NCBI GenBank assembly: GCA_951406725.2
Contig: OX597825.1
Location: 44,888,001-44,952,000, forward strand
Direction: 5' to 3'
Length of the DNA stretch: 64,000 nt
Source of the DNA: Octopus vulgaris
Lineage: Eukaryota
Positions 37,092-50,700 of this stretch are shown here, in pieces. Every line of letters begins with the position of its first letter. Positions within the stretch are counted from its first letter, which is position 1. The position numbers and the translations under genes were made by a program. The notes beneath the pieces were generated by a model, which saw nothing but the letters and a program-made list of their open reading frames with translations, ran no database searches and was not told the origin of the DNA.

Positions 37092-37175
37092 TGGCTGATG
37101 ATTGCTCAACATTTTAAAACTGTTGTAATACTTACAACATTTAATAAAATGATGTAGCGTGAAACGATCATACCA
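37092..37175 (+). ncRNA. Type I hammerhead with long stem II in a solo pLTR-like module
   Basis: tgg-CTGATGA-ttgct...tgttgtaa tac ttacaaca...agcgt-GAAA-CGATCA-TA-cca, between two (TA)n tracts. Confidence 0.75.
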
Positions 37176-37231
37176 AATTACCGAAGGTATTTTTGTTGCT
37201 TATTTTGATTATATATATATATATATATATA

Positions 37232-38949
37232 CTAGCAAATTCACCCATCATCTGGATAGTTTAAGCTGCTTTGGTGGGGGTTTTTCACCAAATAATTGAA
37301 CTACCAAAAAGGTTTGTGAATAGCACAGTAATCTGTTTCCAATAAACCTAGGAATGGAAAACCAAATTGAAGGCTGGTTATTGTGGAGGTCATTGCACTT
37401 TAATGATCATTGAACCTATAAGTTTGCAAGTGATGCAAAGTAAAGCTACAGTAGTGTTTTGGGAGTAGATTACAGATAATGACTACAAAATATAATTGTT
37501 TTTCCTGAACAATGAGTGGAATATTCATCAGCAAGATCACAGTTGAGCACTTTTGATGCCCATCAACTACTTGATGGCTTCTAATAGCCATGGGTAAGAG
37601 TCTTCCAGTGAACATTAGACTGAAGTTACATCATCTGATGGTTATTTTCATCTGCCAACCTTGCGGCAGAAGTGGATGCAGCATTGCATGCCCGGCAGGG
37701 GTTTCTGCAGCCCTTGCGACTGCAGCATGCACTCAATAGGTTTCATGCTGCTCTGGAGTAGTCACAGCTCTAGCAGCAACAGCCCTTTTCAACAGTCTAC
37801 AGTACCTCTGGTTCTCAGTTTTTTAGCCTCCCAGCACTGCTGCCTTGCTGCTGCAGAAGACTTGCTGCTGCAGAAGACTTGCTGCTGCAGAAGACTTGCT
37901 GCTGCAGAAGACTTGCTGCTGCAGAAGACTTGCTGCTGCAGAAGACTTTCTGCCAATGCATGCTCTCTTTTTAGGTGATATGCTTGTATTATCTGGAATA
38001 GGAAATGGGTTTTAGTGAACCAAGTGATAACTGATTTTATTATAAGCTAACAAAAGCCCCTTTATTCTGTCTTCTCACATAGCCTGTGGCATAAACTAAC
38101 AGTGAATGCCACATAAAGTTAAATTGGTATGGAACTTTCTGAAAGATATCTATAGCTTTTGCTAGTGGAAGTAAAACTCTTAAGGTTGATTTTTTTTGGA
38201 CGAATCATATGTGACTGTTTAAGAATGCAAGAATGACAATGCTAAAATGTATTTGAAACAATGGACAACAGTCGAAATATTATAATGGATGAGTAAATAA
38301 GCATCCTTAAAGTGAAACAATGCATTGGTAGGTAAACAAAGGTATCGACAAATAGAAGAAAACTCAGAATAGGTAAAGGTAAGCTTGCCAAAGTTTAATG
38401 CAGTTTAAATATGGAGATTAAGATTGTTTGGTATTGGATATTCATCACGTACAGTGTTTCTAGTCAATTTAATCACCATTGCAGGTGGATAGTCAAAATA
38501 AATAGACAAAATCCTTTCACCTTTATAATATTCTCAAACCAAAATACTCAAACAATACACACCAGTACACATAAAAATATAGAAATTAATAATACACAAT
38601 TACAACATATAAATAAATAATAAATTAAAAATGTGTTTCCACCTACAACTACAACTAAAAAATATTCTGTAATGCAAATATACAACCATAGAGATTAAAA
38701 AGGTATGGAAGACCCTACATACAAAAATACTATGTACATACAACAAGTTAGAGAAAAACCAGTGTAAACTACTGTTTTTCCCAGTTTGTCCATTTACACG
38801 GGAGCTCTGGGTAAAATGTTATAGTGCATGACAATTTTTGGGACATAAATAATGTGTGTGTAAAGTTTGATGAAAATCAGTTGAGAATTGTGGAAATGTA
38901 TGCATTAATCAATATACACACACCTACTGTGATCTATATATACTAGATA
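37232..38949 (-). mobile_element. Non-autonomous Helitron-like element
   Basis: The minus strand starts a|TCtagtatatatag and ends CTAG|t. The subterminal tgtgtgtaaagtttgatgaaaatcagttgaga resembles 44120-44155. Decayed SPKKR-type ORF start near 37980. Confidence 0.6.
37844..37948. repeat. 17-bp tandem repeat (cttgctgctgcagaaga) x6
   Basis: Six perfect adjacent units with no spacers. Confidence 0.97.
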
Positions 38950-38957
38950 TTATATAT

Positions 38958-39105
38958 AGGCGTGGCTGTGTGGTAAGAAGCTTGCTTCCCAACTATATGG
39001 TTCTAGGTTCAGTCCCACTGCATGGAACTTTGTGCAAGTGTCTTCTCAGGCCAACCAAAGCCTTGTGAGTAGATTTGGTAGACAGAAACTGAAAGAAGCC
39101 TGTTG

Positions 39106-39145
<40 letters not shown>

Positions 39146-39342
39146 TTTGTGACTGTGATTGTCCCTTCACCACCACTTGACAACTGGTGCTACTGTGTTT
39201 ACATTCCTGTAACTAAGGACCAATAGAATAAGCACCAGGCTTTTAAAAGAAAAGAATAGGATAGATATATTTGACTAAAAATTCTATAAGGCAGTGCCCC
39301 AGCATGGCCACAATCTGACTTTAAACAAGTAAAAGGTAAAAG

Positions 39343-39345
<3 letters not shown>
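38958..39345 (+). mobile_element. tRNA-derived SINE
   Basis: Same family as 22983, more diverged. Confidence 0.88.
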
Positions 39346-39387
<42 letters not shown>

Positions 39388-39388
<1 letters not shown>

Positions 39389-39785
39389 TGCAGGCATGGC
39401 TGTGTGGTAAGAAGCTTGCTTCCCAATCACATGGTTCCAAGTTCAGTCACACTGCGTGACACCTTGGGCATGTGTCTTCTACTATAGCCTCGGGCCAACC
39501 AAAGCTTTGTGAGGGGATTTGGTAGATGGAAACTGAAAGAAGCCCATCGTATATGTGTGTGTGTATGTATATGTTTTGTGTCTTGTTTGTGTTTGTGTCC
39601 CACCATCACTTGACAATGTTGGTGTGTTTACGTCCCCATAACTTAGTGGTTTGGCAAAAGAGACCAACAGAATAAGTACCAGGCTTACAAAGAATAAGGC
39701 CTAAGGTCAATTTATTTGACTAAAGGTGGTGTTCCAGCATGACTACAGTCAAATGACTGAAACAAGTAAAATGATAAAAGAATAT
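39388..39785 (+). mobile_element. tRNA-derived SINE (tandem neighbour)
   Basis: Same family as 22983. Confidence 0.9.
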
Positions 39786-39824
39786 ATATAAACACACACA
39801 CACACACACACACACACATAAATC

Positions 39825-40420
39825 TTGGATTGTTAGGTAAGTTCATTTGTTTCTTTCCAATATTACTTGAATTAATAAAAAAAACATTTGTACCATAGTG
39901 TTTTATGGGGTGGGAGAATTGTAGCTCTATTTTTCCTTGGCAATTTTATTGTTTTTAAAATTTCAATAAAGTTTGCTTCTTTTCCAACATATGATGATAG
40001 AGTGCCAGGCTGGAAAAGAATGAGCAATTTTGACATCTTTTCAGTCATATTTCAAAAACTGCTAAAGCCACTTGCAAACATATAATCTATGTACAGAGAA
40101 AACACTATAACTGAAAGAACTGTGTAGAAATGGTTATCACACTTCAAGGAGGGGAAATTTGACCTCACAGACTCTTTGCATTCTGGTCAACCTGTTCAAT
40201 CCAATGAGGATTGATTAGACAAGCTCATCCACAAGGATCCAAAGCAATTCACTATGGAAGTAGCCCAGCAGATGAGATATTATGATACTGCTGCCTCTCA
40301 CTTTCAACGGGTAAGGTCCAAAAGCTCAGTGCATGTGTGCCACACACTCTGACAAACTTCAGACAAACTTTGTCAATTGCCACCAGTTTGCTTGCTTGAC
40401 ACCAAGCTACTCATGTATAG
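39825..40420 (+). mobile_element. Mariner 5' fragment
   Basis: HTH region TITERTV*KWLSHFKEGKFDLTD..SGQP and KLSACVPHTL (decayed WVPHEL). Confidence 0.8.
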
Positions 40421-40879
40421 GCATGGAGGATGATGGATTTTGTCATGAAGAACAGATTTTTTTTTACATCCCTTCAGGAAGTTGAGGTTCCAGGATTTCC
40501 AGAATGCATTGAGCATCTACAGATGACTTGTTAATTCATTCAGCAGTGCAAGATATGTCAATGCCATTTAGTTATATTTGGCTAAAGTGTATGGCTTGGT
40601 GTGTCATAACTGCCTGCAATTTACACTAGACTTCTGGGTTCTGAAAGTGATCACTGATACACTGCAGAACTACTATCATAAGTTCAAAATGAGATTCACG
40701 AAAAGACTTGATAAAACTATGGAATAGCATAGCCTGAAAATAGGAACCTCTATTGTATGTCCTGTTCACCATTCCTCTTCATGACGGGGATGGAGGTTAT
40801 GACTCATTGTGTAGCAGGGTGTATTGAAGGATCGCTACTTATAGAGGAAGTTATGGCGCCATCAGTGAGGGTTTTCATG

Positions 40880-41900
40880 AATGATTAAATGATTGTATGG
40901 AGCTAAGTAGATTGAAGGAACTTTGGGAAAGTTTGAGAAGCTAACTTACTTCATGGCTCAGGAAAGGTAAAGTAATGGAAAAGCAATTTCAAGTAAACAG
41001 AGAGAACATCCCATGGGTTTTGAAGCAACATACAAAAAGTTTGAGATGTTATTATGAGGTTAGCTTGAATAAAAAACATTGTGGAGTAAAGACTCAAGGG
41101 CAAGTGAGCAAGTAATCCAAGTAAATTGATGGGATATTGATAACTGAAAAATCAAAGCTCTGGTGCTGTCAGTTTGGGTTGCAACCAGGAGTTGTGTAGC
41201 AGCTGCTTGTATACAAGGTTTCTGAGTATGCAGCAAATGATGAATGTTTACTAAAAGAAGCAGTTCAGTGAGCTCCAAATGTTGTCTAATATAGCTCTGT
41301 TGGTCATTCAGCTGAAACTGTGGATTGCCATTAATATCAGCATTTGAGGAATTCAAAGTAGACAAGGTACACTGCATTGTAAAGATGGGAGAGTCTGGAA
41401 ATGCAACAATTGTCAAGACAATGCCTCTCATATGTACAAGACACAAGTGAAAGGTGGAAGAAGTCACAGATGAAGCTCTTATGCAAAAGAAGTGGAAGAA
41501 GACTTTGGGTGCAAGGGCAATTTTGCTCTCATGATAGGTACCAGAAAGATGGAGAAAAGTAGTTACAAAGGTATATTAGTAACAAGATCAGTATGGTGGG
41601 GCAAAGTGGATCAGAAGCACATCTCATGGAACAATTTGCTTTTGATGTTGGCGAAAACAATTTGGTTTGTAACTGATTCTGCATTTGATATGCTATCATC
41701 TCCAGTGAATATTAAGAGGTAGTTATTGACTAAAGTGAGTTGTGAAAGTTTTGCAAGAGGTCAAGTAACATGCTGAAGCACATGTTACTTATTGGTGGAC
41801 TTTTCTGTCAGTCTATATTTGGAGGCACAATCAAGTACTCTAGTGGCTAGCAGAGGTTACTTGCAAGGAACTTCAAATGGGAAGTGTACCACTAAATTAG
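40880..41900 (+). mobile_element. Very decayed REL-type (Hero-like) non-LTR fragment
   Basis: LPLISAFEEFKVDK, IWFVTDSAFDMLSSPVNIKR and YIWRHNQVL resemble the post-RT region of Hero/R2-superfamily elements. Confidence 0.55.
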
Positions 41901-42186
41901 CTGCAATAATCCAGTAATTTCTCATAGGGAGGGCCAGATCCCACTGGTGGAGTTGGAAAGGGAGAAAATAAATTGCCATGTGAAATAAGAATAAGATGGC
42001 TTTAAATTGTTAAATACCAAAGTAAAGTGAAAAAGAATATTAGAATTTCTTTTTTTTTCATAAAAAAGAGGTAGAATCAAAACCTTTTCACAAATATTTG
42101 ATAGGGAAGGCTGGTATTTATCAGCTTGAGCACAATTGCTATAAATTATCAAGACCAGTGTACCACAGTCTTAGTTTTATTTACTG

Positions 42187-44243
42187 CTAGCAGCATAGCC
42201 CGGCGTTGCCCGGGTATGTAAGAAACTTTGTCAATAAGCAATGCCCTTTACCTTTTTACCCTTTTTTGTACTCATTGAACCGTTATTTTGTAAAATGAAG
42301 CCTAAAAGGCATTAAGGCATTCAAGGCACCGTTCCCTTGCATGCATGAAGAAAATCTATGACAGTCAAAGTGCATTTTCTGATTTTGTTTAGATGTTGTC
42401 ATGCAAGGAGAAGTTAATTGTGGCATCGTAGTTGAATGCTAGTGACAACCAGAAATGATATCCCGACGTTGGTTGATACTCTCAAGTCGAGTGCGCCGTG
42501 CCTCAGCAGATTGAGATGTGCGTGCAACAGCGGTAGCAGTGGCATCCCTTGAAAGCCTTTCAGCTCTCGCCTCAGCACTCTCTGAAGCCCTAGCGGAAGC
42601 AGTGTTAATGGCATCTCTGGATGTCCGAATAGTTCGTTGGTCTGGAGTTTCGGCAGATCAAGCCATGGCTGTGTTTGCGGCGTTAGCAGCTTGGCGAGCT
42701 CTCCTCTGTTGAGGTGTTTCGGTAGATCAAGCCATAGCTGTGTTTGTGGCGTCAGCAGCTTGGCGAGCTCTCTTCTGTTGAGGTGTTTCGTCAGATCAAG
42801 CCGTGGCTGTGTTTACGGCGTCAGCAGATTGGCGAGCTCTCTTTTGTTGAGGTGTTTCAGCAGATCGGGCCATGGCTGTGTTTGCGGCGTCAGCAGCTTG
42901 GTGAGTTCTCCTCTGCTGTGGGGTTTCGACAGATCGTGTCCTGGTGGTGCTAGCGGTGTTAGCCACATTCTGAATGGCCCTTTGTTCAGGGTTCTCGCGA
43001 GGTCTGCGGATGGAAGCACAGGAAGAAGCCCGCATGTTTTGGCTGGACTGTTACTCTTTCGTCAACCTCGAGCAGAGGGAAGATCTGTACGCTGCGGCCC
43101 TTGCAAGTTGGGTAGAACGGTTGCTAGTAGTTTCAGATGCCTGAGCAGCGGCAGAATGGGAAGCTTTTTGCGAGAGGCACAAGGCGGTTTCCTCGTGGGT
43201 CTCACGTGCCCTTCTAGCCCTAGCAGCCGATGCATTGGCCGTCTGAGGGCTGAGAAGGGTCCTTCTCTTCTTGGGTGGCATTTTGGTGGATAGCAATGTG
43301 TTTGGCAAAGGTGTAATAAAAAGGAACATGTGGGGTAAGTATCCCAAAATGTATAAAAATGTACAAAAATGGAAAAAAAAGCGGGCAGCAATGTGAGTGA
43401 CAACAACGAAAAAGCGAAAAGGGACCAAACTGAACAAATGAATGGAAAAAGTTTTTTGGTGAACATGACAAAAGCGGCTTATAATAAACCAAGAGTTTGC
43501 AAGTAGTGTCCGAGGACCCTTAGGGTACGTCAAAAATTTAAGGTAATACGTTTGAGGTGGTAGTTATAAAGAAAGTTTAAACAAAAAAAGTATTCAAATA
43601 ACTTGCGGCTGCAGCAGCGATTAGCAAAAGTAGGCCAACGTGTGAAGCAAGCGGGTGTGAGCCGAGAGAAGTGAGTCACAAACTATACGTGCACAACTGA
43701 GTGTGTCAGTGCATGTGATTGGCCAAAGGGTGTTTAATTGAGAGCATTATTCACTGTTTGGGGAGCCAATGGGAAGAGCTGCAATCATCGTGTCAAGGAC
43801 AAGCGCGCACAACCGCAAACGCATCTACAGCCCAACTTTGCTCGGATTTGAAGCAAAAGGAAAACATATGCCATTTCTAGTAACCTTTATGATAAAAGCG
43901 GCAAAAATCGACTAAATCGCCTGAAATCCGCCAACTATTTAACAAAAGTCAGTTTTGTAGGGTTCGCATGGTTGGTCTCAAAGTGATATGGTTTTGACGA
44001 TTTCTCCCAATACTTGTTAACTGCATTGACAATGTCGAATTTATTGATTTTTTTTTCAGAACAGGGGGAACTTTTCAAAATTTTCGCTGCGTTAGTTTTG
44101 AATTATGACATTGGGCTATGTGTGTGTCAAGTTTCATCAGAATCAGTTGAAAGCCGTGGTCAGGGTGAGGGTACAACCTGACAGACTCACAGACAGACAG
44201 ACAGACACACAGACAGACGAACTGCCTTTTATATATATAGAGA
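42187..44243 (-). mobile_element. Internally deleted Helitron retaining N-terminal 20-aa repeats
   Basis: 5' a|TCtctatatata; 3' hairpin cccgg-gcaacg-ccggg then CTAG; (gaca)n near the 5' end; ORF start MPPKKRR followed by ETPQQ(K/R)RARQAAD repeats (60-bp period). Confidence 0.85.
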
Positions 44244-45216
44244 TTCTGTAGTTTTAAATTGAATTTCTGGATAATCTCGTGCCAATCCTATACTTGAATT
44301 ATTTCTATTCCTCTCAATCTGTTTGTCTGTTTGTTTTTCTCTCTGTCTTTCTAGAAGAAATCAGCCCTAATCAAATTTGGCAAGGCTTCTGCCAGATCTA
44401 AACATGCCCAAGACATGCCATATGTCATGATAGCCCTACTACAACTCTATCAAAGAGTAGAAAGCCTTAGACAAGGCCAAGGCAAGTTTTAATAAATATT
44501 CCTGAATGGTGGAGTGGAAACTAAATATCTTATAGTAATTAATGTTAACCAGCTACATTCTAGTTTCAAATAATATGGAAGCTGGTTTTACTTTTCCAAT
44601 TTCTGTAGCCAGTAAAATAAGTAATAGACATTTACTGAATTCAGCTCAATTGATGTAACAATTCTTTAAAAACATGTGGTCTTATATCACAGTGAGGAAT
44701 CAACAATGGTTACAAATTGTCTCAAATTTTATATAATAAAGTAGAGTGGAGAAAAAGAGAAATTGTCAGGTTTCAAAAAACATCAACAATATAACAGAGG
44801 TGAAATAACCTCAATCAGAAACCAAAACTAGACAACAGACTCAGCTTTGCAGCTAATTATCACTTCTATGCTCTCCAAATCTAAATCAATAGCAAAGATG
44901 GGAAAAGAAATATATACATATATAAATACACATATATATACTTACAACATTCCAATATAATTTCGTGCAGTATAGTCAATGAGTGTGAATAGTGTACCCT
45001 GTTTTTCCTAAAAGAAAGGATCAAGTTTAAATATAACACTAAGTCAAAAAACAATCAAAAAGTGGGAAATGAAACAATGGAGAAAGAACACAGTATGATG
45101 AATAAAGTATTAGTTTAATATCAAAATGAAAAGAAAAAACATCCTTGATGTTAAATCCTCATTATGAGATAAAAGGAGGCATAGATGAAAAATATGGGAA
45201 GGGAGGAGAGAGGGGA

Positions 45217-45217
45217 C

Positions 45218-45266
<49 letters not shown>
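45217..45266. repeat. (TAG)n microsatellite
   Basis: Direct reading. Confidence 0.97.
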
Positions 45267-45481
45267 TTAGGAAAATGAAGGATGACAACTAAAATGGTTT
45301 GAAACCCAGGAAATAACTTTCCAATAAAGTGATGTAAAAAAAAAGTATGGCTAAGTGTGTAAGTCAAGTGCTGATGTATGTGTAAGGAGGGTGTGCATAT
45401 ATGCAATGTGAGAATATATAAAGCATGTGAGAAGGTATGCATGCATACATACATACATACATACATACATACATACATTAT

Positions 45482-45735
45482 TATGGCTGCCCCCTCGTTA
45501 TCGAGTATGGCCATTGCACGAAGCTTAACTGTTACTGGTGCTGTGATCGAATGTGACTTTTTAGCCCAGCTAAAGATCTACAATGTCTTGTACAAAATTG
45601 GCAACTAAGACCTTTACTGGTAATAGCCGGCTGTAGTTGTAACTGGGCTTCATGTACCTTTGCATGTCGTTTAAGTCCTCCTGCTGAATTACACTCTCTT
45701 CGACATGCCCAACAGATATGATTAGTATGGTGTGT
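45482..45735 (-). mobile_element. 3' terminal fragment of the RTE family at 8021-10612
   Basis: Near-identical to 8021-8250; encodes two C2H2 fingers; abuts (CATA)n. Confidence 0.93.
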
Positions 45736-45784
45736 TACACCATACATACATACACACATACATACACACATACATAGAATATAT

Positions 45785-47313
45785 ACAGCATGTTTAAACC
45801 TCTTTCTCCAAGATTGTTGTGAAACTAATAACATCATCACAGCAGAACAAGCAGCTGGGAAGAAGGGAGTCTGGGGATGTGCTGAGTAATTGTTAATAAA
45901 CAAAACTGTAATGTCAGAGGTATGGAAACATAAGAGGAATCTAGTTTCAATGTGGCTGGACTACAATAAAGCTTTTGACTCTGTCCCCCACTGATGGATG
46001 CTAGAAGCCCTTCAACTTGCTAAAATTCCAAAGCCACAGCTGACCCTGACTTCATCATGGGCCACCATCTTGAAATTAAACACAAGGCATGACTGTTTTA
46101 TCATTGATAGAGTACGGTATCGCAGAGGCATATTCCAAGGAGACAGCCTCTCTGTGATGTTGCTTATATTTTTTGTAAACCCCTTGTCATTCATGTTAAG
46201 GAAGTCTGAAGAACATCCCACTGGTTCACAAAGAAACAAAAGTACCAAAATTACACTGTTTCTTTGTGGATGACTTGAAACTATATGCCAAGAATATGCA
46301 CGAGATGCAAAAGAGTGTTGACCTGGTTACAACATTCGCAAAGGATATAGGGTTATAGTTTGGCCAGGATAAATGTTGCTATATGGTAGTGAAAAGAGGG
46401 AAAACTATAAACCAGACTAGCAACATCAATGACTTAACTGTTTCCTCTACTTCTGATGAGGAATGTTACAGGTATCTAGGAGTGGGTGAAAGCATATCTT
46501 ACAATGGCATCTATAACAAAACACATGTCACTAAAGAATATTACTGCTGAAATAAAGAAACTATGGGCCTTGGAAATCTCTGCATTCAATAAAACATAGC
46601 CTACAATATGTTTGTAGTACCAATACTCATACCAACATTTGGGCTGCTTGATTGAACACCTGATGAGATCCAAACTATTGATGGGAAAACTCAGAAGATA
46701 CTAACCAGCACACATAATTTCCACATCAATAATGATGCAGACTGCCTCTACCTAAAATGAAAACAAGGGGGCAGGGGCTTAACAACGAGCCAGACTGCCT
46801 TTGAATGTTGTCTTACATCCCTTCAGCAACATCTTTTAACCACCAAGTGTCAAAGTGCACCCCTTAACCAAGTTTGGATGCATGAGGCTGATAATATCAT
46901 AAGACTTGGAAAGCAGCTCCTTGAGCAGCGTATACCTTGTCTGATGAACTTAAATACATGCCCAAAGAAGTCGCACAACCCTAGTGTAATGTATCATTAG
47001 GTGAAAGGATGAGCATATATCAGCAGAAGACCATGCATGGAGATGTTATTAGAAATAAGAACCACTCAAAATAAACAAAGAATACTGTGTCTTAATCAAA
47101 ACCTCAATAAAATGTAAACATAATAGACGTGACAGAGTGATTTTGAACATAGAAGAGAAACTGTGTACAGTTGTAGAAACTCTGTACAGCAGATGTTAAC
47201 ATAAAGTTAAAGGTCAGCGAAAAAGAAAATACCTACTCTGAACTACTGAAAAATTATCTAGATTGCAAGTTCAGGTTTATAACTGTAATTATTGGGGCAC
47301 TGGGATATGTAAC
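45785..47313 (+). mobile_element. Older decayed R4/Dong-like element
   Basis: EQAAGKKGVWGC, WLDYNKAFDSVPH, RRGIFQGDSLS, FVDDLKLYA and GGRGL; cut at 47313 by the Gypsy LTR start. Confidence 0.88.
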
Positions 47314-47351
47314 TTTTATGGGGATAATAATAATAATAATAATAACAATAA

Positions 47352-47712
47352 TCTGCTCAATACCACAGATTTGCTTGTCAGTTGTTTGATAGCCATGTGT
47401 TGAGGGGGATTCTTTGGAGTTTGAATAATTCACCTCTGGAAACATAGGTGTTTTGTTCAACATCCTAAAGCAACCCTTATTCAGGGACCTTTTGAGCAAG
47501 ATGGGCTACTCGACCTGAAGAAAATTCTAACTGGGCCCCACCTGCAAGGTCATGTGCTGTTTATCTTGATATGAGATCACCATGTCGCACACATATGGTT
47601 GTGATGCAAGTGCCTGGTGTACCCTTATCAGACGGGTAGTCGTGATGGGTATGCTGGGCTTCGTATATTTTACCCCAGTGTCACTTTGATAGCATGTACT
47701 GCTCTCTCACTC
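47352..47712 (+). mobile_element. Non-coding (AAT)n-tailed repeat, 5'-truncated copy
   Basis: Ends actgctctctcactc-(aat)n; matches 51895-52415. Confidence 0.9.
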
Positions 47713-47717
47713 AATAA

Positions 47718-47759
<42 letters not shown>

Positions 47760-50700
47760 GACAGAGAACACCAGGGGACATTTAACATGTGAGAGCGATA
47801 AAACAGTGCTCCAAAATCTATCCACAAACATCGGAAACAAAGACATTGCATGGAGCCAAAAAATAACTGACAAAGGATTGGACTATATCCGAATAAATAA
47901 TACACATTGAAATTTATTGCTATTTTCCAAACAAAATGATGTATTTTAACTCGATATCATCTCCAGCCATGTAAACATGATTGATACATTACGATCCATC
48001 AATAACAGATCATCTCCGGCCCCAAACACCATGTACAAAAAACTACAAACAAATTAAAAAATACCGGTATTATTCAACCCAAGAATAACAATCGGGAAGT
48101 ATGTACTTGAACCTGTTACAAAAAAAGTACGAAAAACTACATGTGCAAAACAATGTGACAACAGAAATGAACAGACCGGTACCCTACGAAAATGACAACC
48201 ATCAAAATAATGGGCCGGACGCTGTTCCTCATGTCCTACAAATAAAACCAAAAAGGCATAAATGGACACGAGAAATACATTTCTATCCTACACGCTTACT
48301 TTACAGCAGTGCTCTACCCAAAGAACGAAAACATAACAACATATACATATAAAATATGGAAGAAAGACTTGGATAGAGCAATGAACCCTAATAAACTAGC
48401 TAATGTACGAAGATATATTCTCAACGCTAAAAAAATATCAGAAATAGAATTAGAACATATAAAAGAAAAAATACATCAGGGAAATGTAGATAGAAACCAC
48501 ACAACAATGCCAAATAATATAAACACTGAGATAGTAAAACACGAAGACAAACGTAACATTTCCAACAAAAACGAGGTAAACAAAAAAACAACAATCCCAG
48601 ACCGTAAGGATGCATAATAATGCACGACAAGCAGCAAGCCAAAACATGACAGACAAATATACGAACGAGAAAGAAAGCGACACAAATCTAAAACCTGGAA
48701 ACAACGAAGGGGAGCCTAATGATTATGATACTATAAAAAGTAGAATAATCAAAGAACTGAAAAACATAGATCTGAAAATGGACCACTGATCATACCTCCC
48801 AAAAATCAAAATAGACAAAAAAACAACATCAATTATAAACAGCATAAACCTAGCCGTCACAGAACTAATAGCCACTGAAACAAATAGCGATATCACTGAG
48901 CTAAATGACTTAGTATTTGCAGCAGCCACTTCAGCCACAAAAGAAGCTGGATACTCCCTCAAACCCATTCAAACAGGAGTACCACCACCCAAAAAAACCC
49001 TGTGGATAAATAACATCCGAAAAAAAAATACAAAAAATGAGAAAAGATCTATCGATTCTTAATGAAATCAGTAGACAATCAACGCTACTAAGCAACAAAA
49101 AGAAAACAAAAATACTGTGCAAATACAACATCACAGAAAAAGATTTACCTGAGATAAAAGAAAAGCTAAAGCAAGATATCCTTGCCAAAGCACAAAGGAT
49201 CCACCGGTATGAGAAACACCAACATTTCTTTGAACAAAACAAACAGTTCAACTCCAACCCCAAAAAGTTCTACCAAGAACTTGTCAAAAATAAAATAGAC
49301 ATCACTGCAGCACCAACGGCAGAAGAAATGGAAGAATTCTGGAAAGAAATATGGTCGGCGAATGAACAACCAAAAAAAAAGAAGTATTAAAACAACAAAC
49401 TTAGCATCTGAGCAACTTTGGACCCCCATAACAACTGAAGAGGTCACCCAGGCACTGCAAAGACTAAGCAACTGGAAGGCACCTGGACATGACAAGATCC
49501 CCAACTTCTGGTTGAAATATCTGACGGGAATGCACAAAAAGCTAGCTGAAAACTTTAACAACATACTGGCAGAGCCAGAGACTATGCCTGAATGGCTCAC
49601 GAAGGGGAAAAACCATCTTAATTCCCAAATCCAATGAGACAGCAAAACCAGAAAACTACAGACCTATAACCTGTCTCCCTACAATGTACAAAGCATTCAC
49701 TGCAGTAATATCACAAAGATTGAACAAGCACCTGGATGAAAACAACCAGTTTCCAGAAGAGCAGAAGGGGTGCCGCAATTGCTCATATGGCTGTAAAGAT
49801 CAACTAATGATCAATAAAGCCATAAATGAAGACAGCCACAAAAAGAAGAAAGGCCTCAGTATGTCTTGGATCGACTACAGAAAGGAGTTTGATAGCATCC
49901 CCCACACATGGATCCTCGAAACACTAGCCATTAACAAAGTAGCACCAACAATTATAAAATACATAGGACACTCTATGAATAAATGGCAGACAGTGCTACA
50001 GCTCCAAACAAAAGAAAGACTTGTGAAAACCAAAGCCATTCCCATTAGAAGAGGAATATTCCAGGGAGACACGCTCTTTTCACTCCTTTTCTGTTTTTCA
50101 TAAATGTTACGGTGAAACGATCAGCCACCTTTTATATATGGATGACCTAAAACTATACGCTACAAATGACAAAGAGCTGGAAACACTACTAAAGACAGTT
50201 CATGGATTTACCAATGAAATAGATATGAAATTTGGATTAGAAAAATGCGCCAAAGTAATCCTGAAAAGACGAAAACTAGTTAAGAGTAGCAACATTACAC
50301 TAGATAAAGCCATTGAAATAAGAGAATCAGACCAAAGCCAAACTTACAAATATTTAGGAATCCATGAACTAGATAAGACACAACACACACAAATGAAAGA
50401 GAAAATAAAGAAAGAATACTATAGACGAGTTAGATCAATACTAAAAGCAGAGCTCAATGCTAAAAACAAGATAATAGGTATTAACACTTTAGCCATCCCA
50501 GTTATAAGTTACAGCTACAATATCCTTAACTGGACGCTAAATGAACTAACCAAAATCGATAGGAAAACAAGAAAAATTTTGACAAGATCTAGGATGCATC
50601 ACCCAAAATCTGACATAGAAAGGCTATATATACAACGTATAGAAGGTGGTAGAGGCCTTATACAGCTGGAAAACTACTATAAAATAACCACCATAGGACT

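Noticed and set aside
37844-37948. Regular short repeats resembling a CRISPR array
   Set aside because: Contiguous 17-bp units with no spacers, no cas genes and a eukaryotic context.
42637-43293. 218-aa plus-strand ORF with Cys/Ser repeats
   Set aside because: Antisense shadow of the Helitron repeat region; the termini and MPPKKRR start indicate the minus strand.
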